A DNA stretch of 64,000 bases from Takakia lepidozioides (Eukaryota; Plantae; Bryophyta). Both the position numbers and the translations under genes were made by a program. The DNA lies in the NCBI GenBank assembly GCA_030704615.1, contig CM060733.1, forward strand, positions 44,082,001 to 44,146,000. The letters are read 5' to 3'. The notes below the pieces were generated by a model. That model was not told the origin of the DNA, did no database searches, and saw only the letters and a list, made by a program, of their open reading frames with translations. How positions within the stretch are numbered: position 1 is the first letter of the stretch; the number at the start of each line of letters is the position of its first letter. Below are positions 12,843 through 24,152 of the stretch, piece by piece.

Positions 12843-14910
12843 GATTTGTTGCAATGCTACTTACTGGATCCCATGCATTGCGAAAAGAATTTTTGTGAAA
12901 ACTTGTTGAAGACGATTTTCGGACGGAAGGACACGATGAAGGTGAGGAACGACATGGAGGTAATCGGCATCAGACGTCACTTGTGGCTTCGGCCTGATCC
13001 ACAGAACCCTTCACCTATCATGAAACTAGCAGCACCGTATGTTCTCACTCCCGCTGAAATCACGGTATTTCTTGATACTTTGGGGGCTATCAAAACTCCT
13101 TCGGGATTTGCAAGTGCATTTCAAAAACACATACACCTGTCTAGGAAACATTTGACGAGTATGAAGTCCCATGATGATCACATTTTAATGCAACAGATTT
13201 TACCTGTGTGTATTCGCCATTGCATGGCTCCAGGCCCACGTGGGGTCATTATGCGTGTGAGTCGCATTTTCCGCCGAATTTGTGCCAAAGTATGGGACCC
13301 TAACGAAATAGATTCATTGCGTGAGGATGTTGCTATAACCTTGTGTCTGTTAGAGAAAGAGTTCCCCCCTTCTTTCTTTGATGTCATGACCCATTTGCTA
13401 GTTCATCTCGTAGACGAACTAGACACATGTGGTCCGGTGTCTTCACGGTGGATGTATCCCATGGAGCGTTACATGAAAGATCTCAAGGGATACGTTAGGA
13501 ATTAGGAAGCTAGAAGGGAGTATGGCTGCAGGGTATGTTCTTGATGAGACCATTGGGTTCATGAGTGAGTATATGCAATCATTTGATGCAACTCAACGGC
13601 GGATTTGGGATGCAAATGCGGAGGAAGGGGTTGAGAACGAGGTCTTGAAAGGTGTCGGCAAAAAGCGGGACATGAGTGGAGCTGAGAGAGATGCAGCACA
13701 TTTGTATGTGCTGAACAATACCAATGTGATGGTTCCTTGGGTGCAGTGAGTTCTTCTTTTCATTGCACCTTATTCATATCAAGTTCAAATGCAATTGTGA
13801 CTGTCACCAGTGTAATAGAGTCACCCACAAAGTCACAAATGTCAGTGGTTCATCGTGATGATAACTACTTCTGTAGTAACTGAATGTCTAAGTGAGTGAC
13901 TTTTTGGAGAGCATGTTCATTTACAAGTCATTCTGCTCACTCATCCAGTGGTTTTCAAAGTATCATTCATGCTAGGTTTTTTTTGCAAAGTAATGCAACA
14001 CTTCATTGCTAACATGTGTCATTCTTGTTGCCATTTTGTGACAAAAAGTATGCAACAGAGAAGGCACAGTTCACTGCAGACAGAGAGGCATGTGCTCGTG
14101 AGTGGCGTGCCAATCGTCGACGTCACCGCCGCCTTCCGGTGCCATACCCTCCCCATTTGTTAGAGTTTCCACCCCTACCGGTATGGATACGCCGTGCAGT
14201 CCAGGCCCATGTCTCTGAGCATGGTGTTGAGGATACGGATGTAATTCATTTGTCTATTCCCCCCTCGTTGAGATCAGCTTCATTTCGTGGCATGAAGGCG
14301 TATGGAAATCATTATCGAGTGGATGATGCGGAGAGTCGTCTTCTTGTCTCTTTTGATTCCGGAGTTGCATCCGTCTTCTAGCAATAGAGCAAAAATAGTG
14401 TGCGTGATAGAAATCCAGTCATGTCACCATTGGAGTACGTTGGGGTCATCAAAGAGATCTTCAAATTGGATTATGGACGAGTGCACCCCATTGTATTTCG
14501 TTGTGCTTGGGTGAGGGCACACCTTGTTGAACAAAATGCTACAATGAAGCGGGATTCGTATTGTGTTCTAGCTACTTGCAAATTTTGGGAGGATGTTACC
14601 CGCCAATGATAAGCCGTTCATCTTTCCATCTCAAGTTGAACAGGTGTTCTTTTCGGATGAGTCCCCAAGTTCGGAGTGGAAGGTAGTCCTTCGGAAGGAT
14701 CCAAGAGCAAAAAGGATTGTAGCGGGCATAGATTATTGTGACATTGGAGAAAATGCAGATTTCGATGGCCTTCAGGCACCGTCCACCTTATCATATCAGC
14801 CAATACCTAGGTCATTAGATGGTGCCACGACTCTAAATAAAGAAGACCTGGCTATGTTGGCTACCATTCAAGCGGCGTTTGTGCAACCAACCGCTATTCC
14901 AGTTGAGTAA
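12843..14910 (+). pseudogene. 3' half of a second CACTA TnpD (element 2)
   Basis: LDPMHCEKN, MKSHDDH, FFDVMTHLLVHL, WMYPMERY, AYGNHYRV, PFIFPSQVEQVFF. Stops at ~13503 and ~14379. The 5' half is displaced by element 1. Confidence 0.92.
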
Positions 14911-15039
14911 AGTGATTCAGAGGGTGACGAATATGTTTCAGATTCAAAATAAAGTTTATTGTTGGAACCATTTGTTCAATAGCATCATGCCACAATGGTA
15001 TGGTCACTTGTCTGTTTTTCAAAGTTTGTCACAGCTGCA

Positions 15040-16358
15040 CAAACCACTTAAATTTCTTCATGTATCACCCAAAAAGTGGTACCAATCACTTGTCTGTAGG
15101 CAACCACTCATGAGCAACCACTAGAATAGTGGTTCCAATTACTGCAGTATCTTTCACCACCCACTCTCCACCACTATCAAAGTGGTACAAATCAATGAGG
15201 TGTCTTTAACCACTCAAGATCAACATGCACTGTCCCCGTCCACGTGGAATATTATATTTATGAATTAAAATATATTTCCAAATCATAAATCACAAATAAA
15301 ATTTGAATTATTACACGTGGAGTAGCAAGTGGTTTCAACCACTTCCCATCACTGAGGTGTCTATAACCACTCACAATGTATGTCGCGCACCCCGCTTCAG
15401 TAAGCTCCCCTTCAAGTCATAGTTACTCGCTTTGATGCACGCGCCTAACTCCCAACCTGGCCGCCGGGCCAACTTGGAGCTTCGGCTGCTCACTGGGACA
15501 TAACGGTCCCCCTTTAGTCTTCCAAAAGACCCTCCACCGATTTGGGCCCAGTGGAAATTCCCTTTTGTAGATGGCAGTCCGGAATAGTTCCCCACTCTTT
15601 GGTCGCTTTCCGGCTCGCTCGCTTACTCACTAGTTTTTGGTCACCAACGGGCTTGCACCGTTCTCGGGGTTACTACTCCCTATATATATTTCTGTGACTG
15701 TCCACGGGGGTTTCACAAACAACCATGCCATTTTATGGCGAACCACCACGAAGACCCTCGACTCCCGGTGGTGAGTTGCGGTGAGTCTTGGCCCACCTAC
15801 CACGGCCCCATTGGACCGTGATGAGTCCCAAGACTCCCCACGACTCCCACCACAAGGTCTCCACCCCATGGTGAGTCCTATGCCACCCCCACTAAGTCCC
15901 ACTAAGCTACCACCACCCCTTGTGGAGCCACCCCCACCGCAACCTGGTGTGCGGGGCTCCACCTAGTGAGCGCCTCCGCCTCCTTGAGTGCCTTGGGCAC
16001 TCAAGGGTGCTTCAGCCCCCCGTACCTATCGCTGCTACTACCCCCACCACAGGGACAGCCCGTCCTATGTCCCGACCCCCTGCCCTCAAGGCAAAGGGCC
16101 GCGACAATGTACCACTGCACTCGTCCACGTGGAATATTATATTTATTAATTAAAATGTATTACCAAATAAATAAATAAAAACAAATTATTACACGTGGAC
16201 TACTGAGTGGTTGAAACCACTTCCAACCACTGTCTATGATGCCACCGTGGCATTTCATTGGGATTAACCACTGGCAAGTGGTTACTAGTGGTTTATAGAG
16301 TGGAAAAAGACAGTAGTGGTTAAATAGCAAGTGGTTATTCCACGTTTTACTTCTAGTG
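15040..16358. mobile_element. Right end of CACTA element 2 (subterminal ACCACT/AGTGGT repeats and TIR), interrupted by a solo LTR
   Basis: Many ACCACT/AGTGGT motifs and a duplicated ~130-bp unit (15228-15350, 16113-16226). Terminal TTCTAGTG ends at 16358, where LRR sequence begins abruptly. Confidence 0.78.
15381..16106 (-). mobile_element. Solo LTR (726 bp) of the chromovirus family
   Basis: Reverse-complement match to the LTRs at 16508, 19143, 24721, 26165 and 32412. TG...CA ends and a perfect 5-bp TSD ATGTA. Confidence 0.96.
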
Positions 16359-19300
16359 AGAGCTTGCCTGATTCCATCGGAGGATTACTTATCTCCAAAA
16401 ACTGTGGCTCGGGAATTGTACAACACTCAAAGGTGTACCAGACTCCACTGATAATCTTGAAGTGTTAAGATTCTTTTCCCTTGATGGTTGCTTCAACATA
16501 CATGCATTCTCGCGGCCCTTTGCCTTGAGGGCAGGGGGTTGGGACACAGGAGGGGCTGCCCCTGTGGTGGGGGCAATGGCAGCAATAGGTATGGGGGGCT
16601 GAAGCACCCTTGAGTGCCCAAGGCACTCAAGGAGGCGGAGGCGCTCACTAGGTGGAGCCCCGCACACCGGGTTGCGCTGGGGGTGGCTCCACAAGGGGTG
16701 GTGGTAGCTTAGCGGGACTTAGTGGGGGTGGCATAGGACTCACCATGGGGCGGAGACCTCGTGGTGGGAGTCGTGGGGAGTCTTGGGACTCATCACGGTC
16801 CAATGGGGCCGTGGTGGGTGGGCCAAGACTCACCGCGACTCACCATCGGGAGTCGAGGGTCTTCATGGTGGTTCGCCATAAAATGGCATGGTTGTTTGTG
16901 AAACCCCCGCGGACAGTCACAGAAGTATATATAGGGAGTAGTAACCCCGAGAACGGTGCAAGCCCGTTGGTGACCAAAAACTAGTGAGTAAGCGAGCGAG
17001 TCGGAAAGCGACCAAGGAGTGGGGAGCTATTCCGGACTGCCACCTACCAAAGGGAATTCCCACTAGGCCCAAATTGGTGGAGGGTCTTTTGGAAGAACAA
17101 AGGGGGACCGTTATGTCCCGGTGAGCAGCCGAAGCTCCAAGTTGGCCTGACGGCCAGGTTGGGAGTTAGGCGCGCGCATCAAAGCGAGTAACTATGACTT
17201 GAAAGGGAGCTTACCAAAGTGAGGTGTGCAACACTTGGTAAGAAATGTGGTGTTGTGGAACGCTATGCTTGCAGGGTATGCACAGCAGGGGCACCGGATG
17301 GAGGCTTTGGAGACCTATTAGAGTGTGTGTATAGAAGCATCCAAGAGGGATATTGTCTCGGACCGCGATTCAAAGTTTACGAGTAAATTTTGGAGGGCAC
17401 CTTGGAAGAAGATGGGGATGAGGCTGAAGATGTGCACCGCCTTCCGACCTACGACGGACGGCCAAACGGAAAGAGTGAATTCCGTAGTGAAGCAGATCTT
17501 GCGGAATTACGTGTCGGCAGACCAATCAGACTGGGTGGAACACTTAGACACGGCAGAGTTCTGTTATAATAACACAAAACACTCCGCAACGGGAGTTTCC
17601 CCTTTCGTATTGGTCTATGGAAAAGCACCTCTGGTGCCGACAAGTTGGGCCGCCCAGGACGTTGAAGAACCAGCAGCGGCGGCGGTACTGGAAGAACGCG
17701 AGCGTTTGTTGAAGCTCACAAAGTAGAACATTGCCAAAGCTAGGAAACGGTATGAAAGGCAGGCGAATCGGAAGCGGAGGGAAGTGAAGTTTGAGGCAGG
17801 CACGGAGGGGGGTTGAACATCAAGAATTTCCGACTACCTCCGGAAGTGAGTCCGAAGTTTGAACCTCCGTATGCGGGACCCTTTCGCATCCGGAAGGTTA
17901 TGAATGAGGATGTGTATGAATTGGAGCTGTCGGCAGACAACAAGGTGCATCTAGTATTTCACGTCTCCCTTTTGAAGCCTTACTTCAAAGATGAAGCGCG
18001 TCCGAATCGGCATCAAGTGTTGCGTCTGCCACCTGTGCTGTTGGATCATGAAAATGAACCTGGGTATGAGGTGGAGGCAGTGCTTAAGTCGAGGAGGTTC
18101 AAGAACCGAGAAACGGAGTATCTCGTGAAATGGAAGGGCTATCATCATGTGGAGGCATCTTGGGTGCGTGCCTCAGAAATAGGAAACGCATCCGAGGCGG
18201 TTGTAGCGTTCAAAGGGCGACCTCAAAAGCGGCAGAAGCGTTGATGGGGACATCAACCTTGGAGCGTGGGGGAGGAAATGCATGCTTAGCCCGACTTAGC
18301 TAGCTCAGGGAATCCTATTTCAAAAACTTGTGCTATACAAATTTTGTTATAAATGGTTTCCAAATGTTGCGCCTCTTATTTTGTTTGAAATGGTGATGCA
18401 TGGTATGGTTGGCTAGTGTGTAGAATGCATGCTAGCTTACAAAAGTGGGAGAGGTAAATTGGATTAATCGTGTGTTTGCGCAGTGCCAAAATCGGGTGAC
18501 TCCCATCCAAGGGGCAAGGAAACTTGCGCCTTCTTTGGGAGTTCACGTGCTAGTACCACCTGGCACGTGCGCGTACTATAACTGCGTTACCAAGGGGGTT
18601 GCCTTGTAGTGCGGGCTAACGCGGAAGCTACGTGCTTCCGTTCACGTACTATAATCGTGCAGCCTCGGGACGAAATCGTAGTGCGGCTTTGGCGTGTTCC
18701 CGTACCTCGGGCCAGCATTCCAAGGCGGACCCAATTGTAGTGATTGGGGCGCACGGTTGGTTCAAGGTTATCTTCCTAGTCAAAGATTGTTCGAGGTGAA
18801 CCCTTGCTCAAGGTGATGCCAAGAGCGGCATCATGAGTGGTCGCAAGCAATGTTGTTGCAGTAAGGCGACTCGATCCTCGGGGAGGATCGTTCCTTGGCC
18901 TTGAAGTAGGCCAAGAAGAGTGCACTGGGAGGAGCTTGAGAGCCTCCACCCTTGGCCGGGACTTGGAGGAAGTCGGCCGAACTAGCTAGTGGAGAGTAGA
19001 GTCAAGTGTGGGGTTTGGTTCTTTGCCATGGGACGCCATGGTACAGAAACAAACTCCTTGATGTGGGACGCCACAACTTGGATGTTTGTTTCTACAAAAT
19101 GGACAAGTCGATGAGGACATCGACTCCCTGTTGGTAGGGGTGTGTCGCGGCCCTTTGCCTTGAGGGCAGGGGGTTGGGACACATGAGGGGCTGCCCCTGT
19201 GGTGGGGGCAATGGCAGCAATAGGTACGGGGGGCTGAAGCACCCTTGAGTGCCCAAGGCACTCAAGGAGGCGGAGGCGCTCACTAGGTGGAGCCCCGCAC

Positions 19301-20479
19301 ACCGGGTTGCGGTGGGGGTGGCTCCACAAGGGGCGGTGGTAGCTTAGTGGGACTTAGTGGGGGTGGCATAGGACTCACCATGGGGCGGAGACCTCGTGGT
19401 GGGAGTCGTGGGGAGTCTTGGGACTCATCACGGTCCTATGGGGCCGTGGTGGGTGGGCCAAGACTCACCGCGACTCACCACCAGGAATCAAGGGTCTTTG
19501 TGGTGGTTCGCCATAAAATGGCATGGTTGTTTGTGAAACCCCCGTGGACAGCACAGAACTATATATAGGGAGTAGTAACCCCGAGAACGGTGCAAGCCCG
19601 TTGGTGTCCAAAAACTAGTGAGTAAGCGAGCGAGTCAGAAAGCGACCAAGGAGTGGGGAGCTATTCCGGACTGCCACCTACCAAAGGGAATTCCCACTAG
19701 GCCCAAATTGGTGGAGGGTCTTTTGGAAGAACAAAGGGGGACCATTATGTCCCGGTGAGCAGCCGAAGCTCCAAGTTGGCCCGGCGGCCAGGTTGGGAGT
19801 TAGGCGCGCACATCAAAGCGAGTAACTATGACTTGAAGGGGAGCTTACCGAAGTGAGGTGCGCGACATGCCGTGCCTGACTATTGGGGCTGTTGAAAGAG
19901 CTCAAAGAGTTGGACCTAGACTCTTGACCAGCTTGGAGAGCTTGCCTGATTCTGTAGGAGCATTGATTCATCTCCAAAGACTGTGGCTGCGGAATTGTAA
20001 AGCTCTCAAAGGCCTTCCAGACTTCTTGGTAATCTTGAAGTGTTAAGATTCTTTTACCTTGAGGGTTTCTCCAACATACAAGCATTGCCTGACTGCTTGG
20101 GACTTTTGAAAGAGCTTGAAGAGTTGGACCTAGACTCTTGTACGAGCTTGGAGAGCTTGCCTGATTTTGTCGGAGCATTGATTCATCTCCGAAGACTATG
20201 GCTCTAGAATTGTACTGCACTCAAAGGCCTGCCAGACTCCATTGGTAATCTTGAAGTGTTAAGATTTTTTTGATCTCGAGGGTTGCTACAACATGCAAGC
20301 GTTGCCTCACTGCTTGAGACTGTTGAAAGAGCTCGAAGAGTTGGACCTAGACTCTTGTACCAGCTTGGAGACCTTGCCTGATTCCGTTGGAGCATTGATT
20401 CATCTCCGAAGACTGTGGCTCAAGAATTGTACCGCACTCAAAGGCTTGCCAGACTCTTTTACCTTGAGGGTTGCTCCAA
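16359..20479 (+). pseudogene. LRR (NLR-type) gene remnant split by a retroelement: 16359-16507 and 19868-20479
   Basis: Tandem LRR units such as LKELEELDLDSCTSLETLPDSVGALIHLRRLWLKNCTALKGLPDS, with frameshifts and stops. Both ends abut CACTA-type termini. Confidence 0.85.
16508..19867 (+). mobile_element. Internally deleted chromovirus: LTRs 16508-17233 and 19143-19867, integrase C-half plus chromodomain 17350-18244
   Basis: Two LTRs, truncated PBS CTTGGTA, IVSDRD..FTSKFW and YEVEAVL..YLVKWKGY motifs, purine tract before the 3' LTR. Flanks TGCAT/TGCCG form an imperfect TSD. Confidence 0.92.
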
Positions 20480-21069
20480 CACTACTACAGATTAACGTTT
20501 TTATAACTACGGGTGATATAAACATGGGTAACAATAACTATATATATGTAACTACGAAGTGATGAAACTCATTGTTGGGCATATTTTAATATATTTTAAT
20601 CTAATGCAGTCACACATTTTACTACATGACCAGGAGCCGCGGTCAAACATTGTTGACCAAGAACATAGGCTTAGTTTATATAACTAGTAGTCATACGCAA
20701 TACTACACGTCAGACACGTGCCATATAAGCTTATGACTAAATGACTATACCACTACTACGACATGCCATAGAAACTTGTGACTACATGACTACATGAGGT
20801 TTTATAGCTATGTTTATATGACTACATCACCACACGTGGCATCTTAAGGCATATACATGAATGGGTTCATCCATTGGATGACCTCATCCATCTATATTTA
20901 ACGAAGCACTTGTGTCAATGGAATGACACAAAGTGCAAAAAGTTAAAAAAATTCAAAAAATTGTTTTAGGGTTGCCCACGTTCAGCCGTGAACACATAGG
21001 GCTGGGACTTTAGCCTCCTTTTGTCTCCCGCACTACCATATATTTTCGTAGTATCGAGTCGAAGTAGTG
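20480..21069. mobile_element. Short non-coding CACTA-like element or remnant
   Basis: Starts CACTACTACAG exactly where LRR homology stops, has internal GACTACAT repeats, and ends ...AAGTAGTG where PPR homology starts. No matching TSD. Confidence 0.55.
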
Positions 21070-22140
21070 AGAACTTGTGTCATGGAACGGATGATCGCAG
21101 GATATGCAATGCAGGGGCGTGGGATTGAGGCTTTGCGACCTATTCTTGAGCAACTGATGCAGCTTTCTTGAGCTTATTCTTGAACAAATGATGCAGGAAG
21201 GGCGAGGATATGCACAGCGGAGGTGTGGTATAGAGGCTTCGAAGACGTATGAGTAAATAATGCGGGAAGGGGTGAGGTCAGACCGGGTCACGTTCGTTTG
21301 TGTTTGCAATGTGTGTGCGAGCCTGGCAGCCCTGGAGAAGGGTTAAAGGTCCATGGTCCATTGTCAAATTTGGAATTGTACCCGATGTCATTCTGAACAA
21401 TACCCTCGTGGACATGTATGCCAAATGTGGCAGTATTGAGGATACAAAGGGAGTGTTTGAGAATATGGCTGAACGAAATGTTGTGTCCTGGAGTGTGTGA
21501 TGATCGCGGGATATTCCCTAGCATGGATGTGGGATGGAGGCATTGGAGACCTATGAGCAAATGATGCGGGAAGGGGTAAAACCCGACTTGGTCACGTTCG
21601 TTTGTATATGCAATGCCTGTGCGAGCCTGGCAACCCTGGAAAAGGGCAAAGAGGTTCATGGTGACATCATCAGAGCTAGAATTGTACCCGTCGTCATTCT
21701 GAACAATACCCTCGTGGGACATGTATGCAAAATGTGGGTGCATCGAGGATGCAAAGGGAGTTTGCAATGGTATGGCTGAACAATGCTTTGCGGGGTATGC
21801 ACAGCAAGGCCGCAGGAATAAGGCTTTAGAGACCTATGATCAAATGATGGCGGAAGGGGAGCCCGACCACATCACGTTTGCATTTGCAATGCATGTGCAC
21901 GCCTCGTAACCCTGGAAAAGGGCAAAGAGGTCCATGGTGACATTGTCAGAGCTGGAATTGTACCCGATGTCATTATGAATAGTACTCTCGTGGACATGTA
22001 TGCAAATGTGGGTGCATCGAGGATGCAAAGGGAGTATTCAACAGTATGGCTGAACGAGATGTGGTGTCGTGGAATGCGATGATTGCAAGATATGCACAAC
22101 AAGGGCGCGGGATGGAGGCTTTGGAGACCTATGAGCACCT
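21070..22140 (+). pseudogene. PLS-class PPR gene remnant
   Basis: Repeats of NNTLVDMYAKCGSIED..VFENMAERNVVSW..MIAGY..G.GMEALETYEQMMREGVKPD.VTF, with multiple frameshifts and stops. Confidence 0.9.
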
Positions 22141-23045
22141 TCTTCAATACATTTCAGCCTGTTTCCCCTATTATCAGAGTCGTCCCTAAATTTTCAGGTT
22201 GAATTCTGCAAGTTAGCTCGTTGGTGCAAAAAGGTGCATGCCTATTGGAAGCTCAAGTCAGCACAGGAACTCGTGTGATAAGTAGGGTTAGGGTGTTTGC
22301 TGGAACAGAGAGGTAGAGATAGCTAAAGGAGCAGGGATAGAGAGTGGGTTCAGATTCATCCAAGAGGGCCAGATTTCAAGCACAAGATTACTTATGATTC
22401 CTTGTGGATCAAAAGCTACAAGAAACCTGCATGGGTAGATGGTCAACTGGATGTCGCAACAGCAGCAGGCGCAACTGATAAAATCAGGCACTGGTAATCA
22501 AGGCACCTTCTTCAACACATTTCACCTCTTATCAGGATCGGCCCTAAATTTCCATGTTGAATTCTGCAAGAGCTGGTTGAGTGAATGTAGTTTGGAGTGA
22601 CTTTGACATGATACAGCCACTGTGATAACAATATCCAAAAACACGTAACAGAGATGAGGAGAAGTTGTGGAATGAATACTTTTCTGACCCCAATCAATGG
22701 TGGGACACCGAGGCAAAAAGGTGAATGTCTGTTAGATTACAGGAGAGTAGCAGACACAATTCAGTATAGAACTAGTGTAATAAGTTGAGTTGGGTGTTTC
22801 CTAGAACAAATCTAGGCTGTCATTATCAGCTGCAAGACAAGGATGTATGCATGATTTGTGTAGAGGCATGGATAGCTGAAGGAGCAGGGATAGAATGTGG
22901 GTCCAGATTCATCCAAGAGGGCTGGACTTCAAGCTCCAGATTACCTTGATTCCAGGTGGATTAGTAGCTACAAGAAACCTTCAATGGGTAGATGGTCAAC
23001 TAAAGGCAACAGCTGCATCGGCACAGTTGATAAAATCAGGCACCT
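22134..23045. repeat. Diverged tandem duplication (units start ~22134 and ~22503)
   Basis: GCACCTTCTTCAA.ACATTTCA...GTTGAATTCTGCAAG and GATAGCT.AAGGAGCAGGGATAGA...GATAAAATCAGGCAC blocks each occur twice. Confidence 0.8.
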
Positions 23046-23787
23046 CAACCTGCCTACCCAATGATCAATGTACCAAAGCCTTGTACCAACGTGCCTACAC
23101 TAGTGTGGACTATCAAATATTGAACTCACCTAGTGTGAGAACAAAGGGAGAGCTTGCATGTACCAGCTTGAGCCTTGGAGCATTTTTAGGGTTTCAAAGG
23201 AAATGAAAGGTAGTTGGAGCCTGGAAGGACCCATGGGCATTGGTGTCTATTTTGTAATTTTATTCTTAAGAAAATAAATGTTTTCTCTTCTCATGTGCCT
23301 AAATCTAAGAAAATTATAGCATGAAAATGCCTAATTTGAGAAATTATTTTCAAAACATGCCTAATTTTTTGATTGATTGATTTTATTATTAGGCATAAAA
23401 ATGCCTAAACGGTTGTCCAGGGACGGTATATGATTACTTTGAAGAATTAATGAAATCGTCAATTTTTTATGTTCCTAGTATAAAATGTGTTTCATTCAAA
23501 CATAAATTATGACTTGATTGTAAATTATAATAAATTAAAACATCTTCTTTGTATAAGGATAATGATCTTGTATTTAAATATTATATAAGTACATGTGATT
23601 CTATGTATAAGTATAATGTATGAACATAGCTGACATTGTGCTACTATTTTGGAGACGATACATTTTATTGGCAACAGTATTATCAACTTGAAAAAAAATT
23701 AATTGTAGAGGTGCTAGAAGGTATAAACTTTCTTTTGTCGAATTCGAGAAATAGCAGTGTAGGTCAAACCTGCATATTTGTTTATAC

Positions 23788-24152
23788 CAGTGTTGTACTG
23801 GTATCAGGTTTAGGACATACCAGTTGGGTATCTATAATGGTGGAAATGTTTTTTTATATACTGGTATGAATATGAGTATTATGACCACAAATACCATGTG
23901 GTATATAGTATCAATAGGGTATCATTCCAAGTAAATAAACAAAACAATAAAATATATTATCTTATATTATATCAATACATAACATATATATAATAATTTA
24001 ATATAGTATTGATACCAATATAAATGAGGAAGATGGCTGGGTAGTACTGGTATGAGTACTGGTATTGAAAAATAACAGTTGGGTAGGTTCTGCAATACCA
24101 GATTTATACCCAGTATTGATACCCAAGTGAAATCTAGACCAGTACAACACTG
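23788..24152. mobile_element. hAT-type MITE (365 bp)
   Basis: 15-bp perfect TIR CAGTGTTGTACTGGT/ACCAGTACAACACTG, perfect 8-bp TSD GTTTATAC, internal (A)TACTGGTAT/ATACCAG repeats. Confidence 0.92.

Noticed and set aside
15810-15850. Hammerhead-like GTGATGAG in the LTR (retrozyme idea)
   Set aside because: The core is not CTGATGA and there is no GAAA after a stem II.
15630-16984. Gly/Pro-rich ORFs (MEPRTPGCGGGG..., MSLGPPTT...) recurring in several places
   Set aside because: Chance frames in the GC-rich LTR; they vary in length and frame between copies.
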